A stretch of DNA of 63,191 nt, counting the filler, from Chrysochromulina tobinii (lineage: Eukaryota), in the NCBI GenBank assembly GCA_001275005.1. It is 4 parts of 4 records of this genome, joined end to end, with 100 filler letters (N's around TTAATTAATTAA, not from the genome) between each part and the next. Parts side by side here need not be neighbours in the genome. Positions count along the whole stretch, not along the records: positions 1 to 16,199 come from JWZX01000924.1; positions 16,300 to 30,373 come from JWZX01000925.1; 2 more parts are not named here. One strand, 5' to 3'. A model generated the notes under the pieces. The model did not search any database. It had not been told where the DNA came from and saw only the letters and a program-made list of their open reading frames with translations. Below are positions 11,416 to 21,592 of this stretch, piece after piece; the first letter of the stretch is position 1; each line of letters begins with the position of its first letter. Made by a program: the position numbers and the translations under genes.

Positions 11416-11669
11416 GATGCAGTCGCGTGCTGCTCTGGATCGCCTCGTGCTCGCTCGCGTACGCACTCAGACAGCTCGAGCCTTTGCAAACTTTCCGAGC
11501 GCGCGGATGGATGCGATGGGCACGAGAGAAAGGGCGGGGCCTGCTCTCAGAGCCAACTTCTTTCATGTGTGAACTCTCTTGTGCATGCAAGTGGGGGAAG
11601 GGGGGAAGATTTTTCTCGGCGTTGATACGCCAGGTTCCCCAGAACGCATGCGCTGTGCGTGCGTTCGCC

Positions 11670-12701
11670 TCACCTATCATGGCATCTCGCATCCGCCGTA
11701 GCCCTTGCCGTATAGGCCTGGTGCATGCACGCCTCGCGCAGCCGGAGCAGCCAGCACGCCGCGGAGTACGTCGCGGCTGGACGCCCGTCCGCAGCCGCAG
11801 TCGCGGCCGCCACCTCGGCCGCCTCGGTAGTCATCATCGCCACCCAGTTGACCACCGCGGCAAGGTCCTCCTTGCCGTCCTCCTCGTCTTTCGCCTCGAC
11901 CTTCTCCTTAGGGCCGCGACGGCGTGGGCTCCGTCTGGTGGCCGCAGAGGCGGTCATGTCGGCCTTTGGCGGCTGCGCGGAGCTCGCGGGCGCCGTGCTG
12001 ATCGCCATCTCGAGCGCGCCAACGGCGCCGGCATCGTCCACCTCCATCTTGTCGTCCGACTCGTTGTCCACGCCCCGCCACACGCCCTCCATGGCCTCGG
12101 ACTCCTCGATAGCCCCCTCGGTCGACCCCACCTCCGCCTCTTCGGTAATCTCCATCGCCTCGGACTCCGCAATCGCCCCCTCCACCTCACCGTCCGGATC
12201 CTTCTCGCCCATCAACAACAGCAACGCCGCCGACGCTGCCATCTCCTCCGCCTCGGACTCCATTGCATTTGTCGCCCCCGCCGCCGCGGCAGGCGCAACC
12301 TCAACCATGGCGCTTGGGATCCCATCCGTCGGCGGATGCAGCTGCTGTGCCGCTGACGGCCACAGAGAAGAGCTCCAGTCCACCAAGCCGGAGCTCGACA
12401 AGACCATCACCTGCACGCCAGCCGGAAGCGAGACGTTGGGCAACGCTGCCGCCGACGATGGCGGCACCACCCCAAGTGGGTGGGGCGGCTGCACCGTGGA
12501 GGCTGCACCTTGTTTGGGCTCCTCGATCTTGTGCTGCGTGCGCATGTGTTTCTTGAGGTCGTTGGACTGCGTGAAGCGCGCGCCGCAGCCGGGGTGCTCG
12601 CAGGAAAACGGCTTGTCGCGACTGTGCGTGAGCATATGCCTCGTGAGGTTGCTCGCCGTCAGAAAGCTCTTGGCGCAGAGGTCGCATTCGTGCGTCGGCA
12701 T
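11670..12701 (-). CDS. C2H2 zinc-finger protein (two fingers, acidic low-complexity tail)
   Basis: CDLCAKSF…LTRHMLTH, DKPF linker, CEHPGCGARF…LKKHMRTQH. Confidence 0.75.
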   Translation of the reverse strand: MPTHECDLCAKSFLTASNLTRHMLTHSRDKPFSCEHPGCGARFTQSNDLKKHMRTQHKIEEPKQGAASTVQPPHPLGVVPPSSAAALPNVSLPAGVQVMVLSSSGLVDWSSSLWPSAAQQLHPPTDGIPSAMVEVAPAAAAGATNAMESEAEEMAASAALLLLMGEKDPDGEVEGAIAESEAMEITEEAEVGSTEGAIEESEAMEGVWRGVDNESDDKMEVDDAGAVGALEMAISTAPASSAQPPKADMTASAATRRSPRRRGPKEKVEAKDEEDGKEDLAAVVNWVAMMTTEAAEVAAATAAADGRPAATYSAACWLLRLREACMHQAYTARATADARCHDR

Positions 12702-13154
12702 TCTGATGTCGATGACACGCACAATCAGCTCTGGCTTCGCGTGAACGTTCACGCCAAACACGACAACGTGTGATGAATAACCACACAATCAACTCCCCAT
12801 ACCAGTTCAAGATTAAAATTCTTTAGATTGCAGCAAATTCTAAACGGGAGATGCATCTAAATGTGTTCATAGCTCTGCACTATCGTGGTGTGAAGTTCCG
12901 CTCCGGTTTGTGTGAACCACAAGCAGCAGGCAGGGGCGAGCGAGGCGAGAGCGCCGCTAGCGAGTGCGTCAGCGGCTGCGAGTGGCGGCGCCGAGGTGTA
13001 GGCGGCGGCAGACGACGAGGACGTCGTGTGCCCTCCAGCTCCTTCTGCCGCCGCCGACGAGGCGCTGCGTGTGGCCATGGCGGCCGCGCAGTACGAGGGC
13101 CCGGTCGGTGCCATCGAAGAGCAAAAGGGCCCACGCGTTGGCGGTGGCGAGGGC

Positions 13155-14260
13155 GATGCGCGAGCGCTTGCACAAGAAGCGCAAGCAGGAGGGCCACAAG
13201 CTGCGTCGCAAGCACGTGGCGGAGATGCAGATGCAAGCCTGCCTGTCGAAGCTGTCGCTGCGCGAGGTCACACAGTCACCGCCTTCGCTGCCGGCTCAGC
13301 ATCCGCAGCAGCGGCGCCAGCATCGAAGGCCCTTGAGGCACCCTCGGCGCCGCCTGCGGCCGTCGCCCGCAACACTCGCCGAGCTTGCGACGGCGACGGA
13401 CGGCGTTGGAGAGCAGAGGCTCATCGGCAGCGGCGGATACGGCCGCGTCTACACCCAGGATGCGCTGTCGTCGCTACGGCCCGAGGTGCTGCCGCTCTGG
13501 CTGCGCCACAAGGCCGTCGCCGTCAAGCGCGCCAAGTCGGGCGTGCACGATATCGCCGACCTGCAGCGCGAGGTGAGTGTGCTGCAGCAGTGCAGCCAAC
13601 CGCACGCGCTGCCGTTTGCTCCGCTACTGTCTGGAGCACGGGGCGCCGCCGTGCCGTGCCTCGCCTTCCCGCTGATGCGCGGCGGCAGCCTCCCCGATCG
13701 GCTGTGGCCGAAAGAGGCCGACCCCGAGCACCTGCGCCGCCCCCCGCCCTCGGTGCGTCGCAGAGCCCTCTGACATGGCTCCAGCGCCTGCGCATCCTGC
13801 GCCAGGCGACCAGCACGCCTTCCTCTACCTGGACACGCCAGTGCCTGGACGAAAGGGGTGCCGTCGTGAATCGCGACTTCAAGCCCGAGGACATCCTGCT
13901 CGGCGCCGACATGCTCGACGCCTACCTCGCGGACGCGGGCTTCGCCAAGAAGGACATCCTGCTCAAGAAGGACATCCTGCTCGGCGCCGACGTGCTCGAC
14001 GCCTACCTCGCGGACGCCTACCTCGCGGACGCGGGCTTCGCCAAGGAGGACGCCGGGCCTGAGGCGTCGAAGATGAAGAGCGCGTCGAATTCGCTCGGCC
14101 TCACCCTCGGCTATCTGGACCCGCGCGTTTCGGCAGGCGGCGCGTACTGAGCGGTCACGGATGGCTGAGCGCTGGGCATCACGCTGCTCGAGATGGCGCT
14201 GACCGGACGCTCACCTCTCAAGATCATCAACAAGTGCGAAGAGGATAATCATGGCTGCGA
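13155..14260 (+). pseudogene. Pelle/IRAK/RLK-like protein kinase pseudogene
   Basis: IGSGGYGRVY, VAVKR, LTWLQRLRI, NRDFKPEDILL, LADAGFAK, LGYLDP. Frameshift near 13740-13770, in-frame TGA at 14148 and ~14166, and internal micro-duplications. Confidence 0.75.
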
Positions 14261-14879
14261 CGAGACCCCGTTGGCCATCAACAGTGTGAGGGCCGCTAAG
14301 GAACTGTGATACGATGGTCACCCAAATCGCATCAAGCGCGTGGCGGGCACAAATATCAAGAGTTTGGGCGGCGCTCGCATGCGAGGCGAAGCGCGCGCAC
14401 GCGCGCGTGCGTGCGGGGTGAGACGCATTGGTGCGCTCGATGGCCTGCGCCTTGGTGCGCTCGATGGCCTGGTCGACCGCCCTCGCCGCCGCCTCCGCCG
14501 CCGCCGCCGCCACAAGGTGCCCGATGCCGAGGCCAACTGCCTAGCGCTGCTCGTCAGGGGCCAGCCGCGGCCGGAGCTGCCAGCTGGCGCCTTTTTCGCC
14601 AACCTGATGCTCGCCGCCGCTGCCAGCGATGGATGTCCCCGGCTCTTTGAGACCGAGGGATATCAACATTACGATACCGTCACCGGCCATGAGCACGCCA
14701 CACAGACGGCGAACATCGACAGTGGCCGGGTCGTCCCAGTGAGACAGCGGCACGGCGGCACGGGCTCCTCTCCTTAATGCTCGTCGCCCGGAAAGGCGGC
14801 GAGCCCGACCTCTCCTTTGAGGCGACGGTGCTGCACCGCGGCTTTTGATGGCAGGCGACGGCAGAGGACACGGCAGCAA

Positions 14880-15780
14880 CGGCAGTGACGGCGGCGAGGG
14901 CGGCAGGGACGGTGGCGACGGCGGCAGCAACGGCCGCCACGACGGCGAAGGCGGCAAAGACGGGCGCCGCGACGGCAGGGACGGTGGCGACGGCGGCAGC
15001 AACGGCCGCCACGACGGCGAAGGCGGCAAAGACGGGCGCCGCGACGGCGACAGCGAAGAGAAAAGGAAGGAGAAAAGGAAAGGGAAGAGGAAAGAGAAAA
15101 GGAAGGAGAAAAGGAAAGGGAAGAGGAAAGAGAAAAGGAAGGAGAAAAGGAAAGGGAAGAGGAAAGAGAAAAGGAAGAGGAAAGAGAAAAGGAAAGAGAA
15201 AAGGAAAGGGAAGAGGAAAGAGAAAAGGAAGGAGAAAAGGAAAGGGAAGAGGAAAGAGAAAAGGAAGGAGAAAAGGAAAGGCCTTCAGCTGCCTCATTCA
15301 TTCATTTGTCGGAAAGCGACGCGCTTGGTTTCACCCTGGCATGCAACACGTCTCATGTATGCCCCGAGCGCGTTCGCGCGCTCTCTTCAGGCTCGACCGT
15401 CGAGTCGACACTGTTCAATCCACGACCTTTTTGCCTGTGAAAGAGGGAGAGGGAGAGGAGGAGATAAGAAAAGAGAGGGAGAGGAAAGAGGGAGTGGGAG
15501 AGTAGAGGAGAGAAAAAGTAGAAAAAAAAAGAGAGGGAGAGGAAAGAGGGAGGGGGAGTAGAGGAAGAAAAGAGAGGGAGAGGAAAGAGGGAGAGGGAGA
15601 GGAGAGGAGAGAAAAAGAAGAAAAGAGAGGGAGAGGAAAGAGGGAGAGGGAGAGTAGTGGAGAGAAAAAAAAGAGAAAAAAAGAGAGGGAGAGGAAAGAG
15701 GGAGGGGGAGTTGTGGAATAATAGAGAGGGAGAGTGAAGTGAAGCGCGGCCAAAAAGAAAAAAAAGAGAGGGAGAGGAAT
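14880..15780. repeat. Low-complexity block: 72-bp GC-rich duplication, 12/36-bp polypurine satellite (~15055-15281) and GA-rich tracts
   Basis: Directly visible tandem GAAAAGGAAGGAGAAAAGGAAAGGGAAGAGGAAAGA units and AG-only tracts. Confidence 0.9.
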
Positions 15781-16112
15781 ATTACGGAGCTGGAGACAAA
15801 CGCCAGTCGTCCTTGCGTTGAACTCAGTAGCAGTTGCCAGGATTTGATATTGAAATAGCATGGGTTGGCCGAAGCCAGATTGTGAGAATTAGGAGAAGAG
15901 GCCGACGCCAGTGTAGTATGCGCGGATCTCAGGTTCGTCAGGTGCGGGTAAAGCCGAGCCACGGCCGTCTACTGTACGGATTGATGTGCTTTGCAGGCGC
16001 GTTGTGGCTGGACTCTGATACGTCAATAAGGTCGATAAGATTGGCTTCGAGAAGGCCGCGACGACGCCACGCGTCACGGGATGGCTTCCATAAAGCCGCG
16101 ACGACGCCACGC

Positions 16113-16199
16113 ACAACAACAAACAACAAACAACAAACAACAACAACAACACACAACAACAAACAACAAACAACAAACAACAACAAACAACAAACAACA
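16113..16199. repeat. CAA/CAAA microsatellite at contig end
   Basis: Directly visible. Confidence 0.9.
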
Positions 16200-16299
16200 N
16201 NNNNNNNNNNNNNNNNNNNNNNNNNNNNNNNNNNNNNNNNNNNTTAATTAATTAANNNNNNNNNNNNNNNNNNNNNNNNNNNNNNNNNNNNNNNNNNNN
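16200..16299. other. Artificial contig linker (N44-TTAATTAATTAA-N44)
   Basis: Identical 100-nt spacer with stops in all six frames, present three times. Confidence 0.98.
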
Positions 16300-16310
16300 A
16301 CTTTCTCGAC

Positions 16311-18047
16311 GTGGACGTCGAGCTTCTCCGCCTCCTCTCGCGCACCCTGTGCACCGGCCACCTCGCCGGCAAGAGTGGCCCGGAGCTCGGGCGGCTGCTG
16401 GGCGTCAAGAGCGACTTCCTCACCGAGGCTGAACGGCAGGCGGCGACGGAGGAGCCGCTGTACATGCAAGACGCTCAGCACGACGCCACTGCACCGCGAG
16501 CGGCCGACGCACCCACACCGCCAGCGCCCATGTGCTGGCTCTCGACGCAGCTCGTCAACGAGGACGCCCTCGAGGACGCCCTCGCAGACGCCGACGTGCC
16601 GACGCTGTGTGCGCTCAAGGGCGTGAGCCTCGCGTGGCGCGCGCGGGCGCGGCGCGTCCTGTGCGCGCGGCTGTGCGCACGCATCGGCCTGCCGCTCACG
16701 AGCAACCTCGCTAAGGTGACCGAGCTCGACCTCTCGGACAGCCGCACCGCCGGTCGCCTCATCGCCGACGCGATCGACGCGTCGCACTGGCTGCCCAACC
16801 TGGCAAAGGTGACGGGGCTGGGCGGCTTCGAGGTGGACGTGGCCGCGCTGAGGCATGTGGCGTCTTCGGATGTATCAGAAGAATATGATGATGGTACGCG
16901 GCCGTATCCGATGGCAGGGGTACGCGCGTGCATCCGCGGCGAGGGCGAGGCGCCGATGGAGATGCTGCTCGCAGCGTGCGCGCTGCGCGACGGCGAGGCG
17001 CGCGTGCCGGCGAACGCGTTCCGCGATGACACGTCGATGACGTCGATCGCGCTGCCCGCCGGCCTCACGAGCCTCGGTGAGGGTGCCTTCGAGGACTGCT
17101 CCTCGTTGACGTCGATCGCGCTGCCCGCCGGCCTCACGAGCATCGGTGAGAGTGCCTTCTTTGGCTGCTCCTCGTTGACGTTGATTGAGCTGCCCGCCGG
17201 CCTCACAAGCATCAGCAGTTTTGCCTTCTGTGGCTGCTCCTCGTTGACGTCGATCGCGCTGCCCGCCGGCCTCACGAGCATCGGTGAGAGTGCCTTCTTT
17301 GGCTGCTCCTCGTTGACGTCGATCGAGCTGCCCGCCGGCATCACGAGCATCAGTGAGAGGGCCTTCTGGGGCTGTACCTCGATGACGTCGATCGAGCTGC
17401 CCGCCGGCCTCACAAGCATCCGTGAGGGCGCCTTCTATGGCTGCTCCTCGATGACGTCGATTGAGCTGCCTGCCGGCCTCACGAGCCTCGGCTGTGGCGC
17501 CTTCTGTGACTGCTCCTCGTTGACATCGATCGAGCTGCCCGCCGGCCTCACGAGAATTGGTGGGGGCGCCTTCCGCGACTGCTCCTCGATGACATCGATA
17601 GAGCTACCCGCCGGCCTCGCCAGCATCGGTGAGGGCGCCTTCCGTGGCTGCTCCTCGATGACGTCGATCGAGCTGCCCGCTGGCCTCACGAGCATCGGCG
17701 AGCGCGCCTTCTCTTACTGCTCCTCGTTGACGTCGATCGCTCTGCCCGCCGGCCTCGCGAGCATCAATGAGTGGGCCTTCCTTGGCTGCTCCTCGATGAC
17801 GTCGATCGAGCTGCCCACCGGCCTCACGATCATCGGTAGGTACGCCTTCGCTGGCTGCTCCTCGATGACGTCGATCGAGCTGCCCGCCGGCCTCACAAGC
17901 ATCGGTGGGTGGGCCTTTGGTGGCTGCTCCTCGATGACGTCAATCGCGCTGCCCGCCGGCCTCACGAGCCTCGGTGAGTCCGCCTTCCTTGGCTGCTCCT
18001 TTGACTTTGATCGAGATGCCTGGAGAGCTTCTATGACAGCACTCTGA
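16311..18047 (+). CDS. F-box-like + BspA/TpLRR-type leucine-rich repeat protein (14 x 23 aa); 5' end uncertain near the contig edge
   Basis: Repeat S(M/L)TSIELPAGLTSIGxxAFxxCS at 17034-17999. N-terminal EDALEDALADADVPTLCALKGVSLAWRARAR resembles an F-box. Confidence 0.85.
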   Translation: MDVELLRLLSRTLCTGHLAGKSGPELGRLLGVKSDFLTEAERQAATEEPLYMQDAQHDATAPRAADAPTPPAPMCWLSTQLVNEDALEDALADADVPTLCALKGVSLAWRARARRVLCARLCARIGLPLTSNLAKVTELDLSDSRTAGRLIADAIDASHWLPNLAKVTGLGGFEVDVAALRHVASSDVSEEYDDGTRPYPMAGVRACIRGEGEAPMEMLLAACALRDGEARVPANAFRDDTSMTSIALPAGLTSLGEGAFEDCSSLTSIALPAGLTSIGESAFFGCSSLTLIELPAGLTSISSFAFCGCSSLTSIALPAGLTSIGESAFFGCSSLTSIELPAGITSISERAFWGCTSMTSIELPAGLTSIREGAFYGCSSMTSIELPAGLTSLGCGAFCDCSSLTSIELPAGLTRIGGGAFRDCSSMTSIELPAGLASIGEGAFRGCSSMTSIELPAGLTSIGERAFSYCSSLTSIALPAGLASINEWAFLGCSSMTSIELPTGLTIIGRYAFAGCSSMTSIELPAGLTSIGGWAFGGCSSMTSIALPAGLTSLGESAFLGCSFDFDRDAWRASMTAL

Positions 18048-18573
18048 GGTCCGCCGGAGTGCCTCCCAGCACCATCTTTCGCTTTGCACTGGCTTCTGCC
18101 ATCAAAAACAATGGTCATGTGGAGTGACCCTTAAGCCACATGCTGGCTACAGAGTGTTCAGAGTACTCATGCGGGCCTAGCACAGGGCTGGTAGCAGGTA
18201 GGACGATTGTATGTGCTGTGGAGTGTGGTGCTGTACTGTATTCCATCTGTAATGACGAGTGCTTCTACCGACTACGCTACTATGTACTAATATAATTCTA
18301 CACAGTGTGACTTACTAATGCCGACGATACTCAACCGAACGCGTAAAGCGGTAACCACTAAAGGTCTCAAACATGCAACAGCCAGCACGCCGCCACTAAC
18401 CTGCCAGCGCAGCCTCCACAGGAGCCAGGTGAGTCGCAAAGCGAATGCAAGAAGAAGACTAATACAAGACTAATGGCGCACTGAAAGCTTCATAGATCGT
18501 ACAGATTCACTTGCTCGGCACTCCACCCACGCCTTGACGATTGACGAAAGTGTCAGATAGCTCCCGAGGAAGA

Positions 18574-19101
18574 TCAGATAGCTCCCGAGGGAGATCGGAT
18601 AGCCACCAGGGTCCCACGAACCGGTGAGCGATGCTGGACGTCGTCGTGCAGCCGTCGATTCTCCTCCTTGAGCTCGCGCATCTGCGATCGCATCTCCTGG
18701 ACCGCCTCGGCCAGCATCTGAAGCGTCAGCTCCGCCGGCTGCTCGGCCAGCTGCGTGCCGCGCGGCTGACGAAACTCAAGGGGGGGCTGATGAAGCTGCC
18801 CGGCTGGCTGTGTGCCTTCACCTGCCGGTGCCGTTGGAGGCCCAGCGAGCGTTGCCGCGGCAGGCGGGGGCGGCTTGGCGGGGGGTGGGGGCGGCGACAG
18901 ATCGTCCTTGAGATTGTCCTCGAGCAGTGCCTCGAGATCGCGCGAGATCGTCACACGGCGGCTCCTGAGGTACAGAACGAGCGCAGTCAGCTCCTCCCTA
19001 ATTTGGTGCCTCCAAATCAGCACCACCGAATCTGCGTCGTCGTCGGCGGCGGCAGAGGAGGCAGAGGCGGAGGCGGAGGCGGAGGCGGAGGTGGAGGTGG
19101 A

Positions 19102-19133
<32 letters not shown>

Positions 19134-21334
19134 ATGCGTCGTCGAAGGAGGGATAGGCTGAGGCGGCGTCCTGTGCCATGGCGTACATGAGCCATCGCGA
19201 CGCTGATTGCGCCGGAGTGCCGGCTGCTTGCGCCGATAGCGATGCTGACTGCACCGGAGTGCCGGCTGATTTTGGCTGACATGCTTGTTGATTACCACTG
19301 ATTGCTTCTTGCAAGCGGTACAACCGGATAAGTGTCAGCTGTAGCCGGGGGCCATACCCATCCGAGTGCCATGCGAGGGCATCGTCAGCCCCCCCTCGAG
19401 CTTCGTTAGCCCCACTCGATTTCCATGCGAGTGCTTCGTCAGCAAGGCTGCCCGCATGCTCACGCAGTAGCCGCAGCGCGAGCAGCACGGTCCGTGGCCG
19501 GAGGGGCAACAGGCGACTCGCCTCAAAATGGGATCGGACTAGGACGTGTGCGACAAGGGCGAGGCGCGCGCCGAGCGGTGGGCGCCAGCCACGGAGGCTA
19601 GCACGTTGCCTAATTAGGTCGGCATGCAATAGGGGAGGCTCAAAGCGAGCGTCTGCGAGGCCAAAGGCGAGCATCCGCCGAGGGCGCTCCCATTCTGTTG
19701 CAGAGCCGTTCGCATACATGGGGCTGTTTGCGTGCATTGAGCCCCAATGAATCAGCCGGTGCGACCCGATGAGCGCCGTACCGGGCAGCATCGGCAACGC
19801 ACGGATGTGTTGATGGCGGGCCGCGACGACCGAGTGGATGTCCTCATCATCAACCAGGTGAGTCTCGTGAATTGCCTCTGATAACCTCTGATGACCTCTG
19901 GCGACGACCGAGTGGATGACGTCCTCCTCATCAACCGTCGGATCGGGCGAAGCGGGGGCTGACCAAGTGCTGTAGCCTGGGTCGGCACGTGCTGGCAGCA
20001 CATACCTGATGGGAGAGCCACAGGGGCCATCAGTGGCACTCAAGAGTCATCGATTACAATCATGGCGAATGCATGATCATCAGACATTCTGAGAGACTCT
20101 GAGAGGCACTGAGAGGCACTGAGAGGCACTGAGAGGCACTGAGAGGCACTGAGAGGCACTGAGAGGCACTGAGAGGCACTCCAAGACACTCCAAGACACG
20201 CAGAGCGCAGTGGCACTCATCGTACATGCAGCTCGTCTTGGGCGACATCTCCGTCAGCGCAAGCCAGACCGTCGTATGTGCAGGAAGGCCGCTCGCCGAT
20301 TCAAACGCTCCCTTGGCTCCCTTTCCCGCGCGCTCCCGACGCATGGGCCAGCCTGCAGCGCCCGGTCGCACTGAGGAAACGTCAAACTCGTAGGTCAGAG
20401 TGTACCTGAGATCATGATCATCAGGTGGAGGTGGAGGTGGTGTCTCCTCCTCCTCTTTCTTCTCCTTGCGCTTTCGCAGCGCATCCTCTTTCTGCCGCGC
20501 TTGCTCGAGCTCGGCCTCGAGCTCGAGCTCCCGTTGAAGTGCCAACGCCGTCTCGAGCGCATGCAGCCGCTTTTGGCGCCCCAGCTCCTCCGCCGCGTGC
20601 CGAGAGGGTGAGTGCGCGTTCAGTAGCCGCTGTCGCGCGAGCGCCATCTCGAGCACCACGGACATCCTGGGAGCCCGCCGTGCCGCTCTGCCCCTGACCC
20701 GCGCCTGGATTCTCGTGGCTGCCTTCTTGAGCTCTGCCGATGGCCTCTGAGTGCCTGTCTCCGACACCGCGCGCCCCAGCGCCGTCTCAACAACCATGCG
20801 CAGCCGCTCGACCGTATCCCACACCTCGTCGAACGCCAGCAGAAAGATGGACGGCAGTCCGGCGGCGTCGAGGGCATCGAGGGCGGCGTCGAGGGCGGCG
20901 GTTGTGCGCTCGAGGCGCGCGCTGTCGGTGTCCCACGACGGCTCGAGCTCCATATAACCGTCCGTGCAAAGCGCCTTGCGCACTGCCTTGCAGCGCGAGG
21001 CCTTGGCATACGGGCCGCCGTCAGCAGGCCTTTCTTCGGGCGCACACTCCGTCGTGCAACTCAGACCAAAACGCCGCGCAAACGCGTGCCAGGACGCAAC
21101 CGACGCCATGTCGGGTATCTCGACCACCGTCGCCGCCGACGGCGCCGACCATCCTTCAACCCAAGAACTTTGGCGGCGGCGGCTTAGCCGCGCGATCGCT
21201 TCGGAGACGCCCAGGGCGCTGCTGCCATCGCCTCTACTGCTGCATTCGGGCGCGGGTGGCGGCGCTCTCGCGGCGCGCTTCGCGGCGATCAGGTCGCGGA
21301 GGGAGCGCCGTGCGGTGCCGCTCGCAGCCGTCAT
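18574..21334 (-). CDS. PhyH-like (2OG-Fe dioxygenase fold) protein with IQ motif and coiled coils (intron 20006-20225)
   Basis: Spliced TVWLALTEMSPKTSC-M-YVLPARADPGY, QHIRALP…SHRLIHWGS, PRxxLAF; IQ motif AATRIQARVRGRAARR. Confidence 0.65.
20006..20225 (-). repeat. Intron built from a 10-mer satellite (AGTGCCTCTC)n with a family 1-type 3' end
   Basis: GT at 20225, …CTGATGGCCCC…CTCCCATCAG at 20006; about 7 tandem 10-mers at ~20100-20180. Confidence 0.75.
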
Positions 21335-21592
21335 CACCCTCTTGCGGAATTTGCACCTCGACTCAAACGAGGAGTTGACGTTTCAATCCCCCAAAAGGCG
21401 CGTCGCGCTAGTACAGACAACGGGCTCGGGCCGATTGCGCTCGCCATTAATTTTGCCCCTTTTGATATGGCCCCGCTGCGCGAGAAAAACTCCGGTGTGA
21501 ACGAACACGAACTCGGCGTCCAGGGCTACAAAGGGAGGACATCATCCCTTGGACTTCGCCAAGGGCGTCTCTGGCGGCCGGTGATATTTTCG

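Noticed and set aside
14148..14168. In-frame TGAs in the kinase as selenocysteine or an altered genetic code
   Set aside because: Accompanied by a frameshift and degraded catalytic motifs; TGA is a normal stop in other genes here.
14680..15962. K/R/E-rich and F/L/P/S-rich ORFs
   Set aside because: Translations of polypurine/polypyrimidine satellites.
16200..16299. TTAATTAATTAA palindrome within N runs (also 30374-30473 and 59826-59925)
   Set aside because: Artificial six-frame-stop linker between contigs; no gene-neighbourhood inference was made across it.
17034..17999. Diversity-generating retroelement behind the LRR variation
   Set aside because: No reverse transcriptase or template repeat in the window, and the variation is not visibly adenine-specific.
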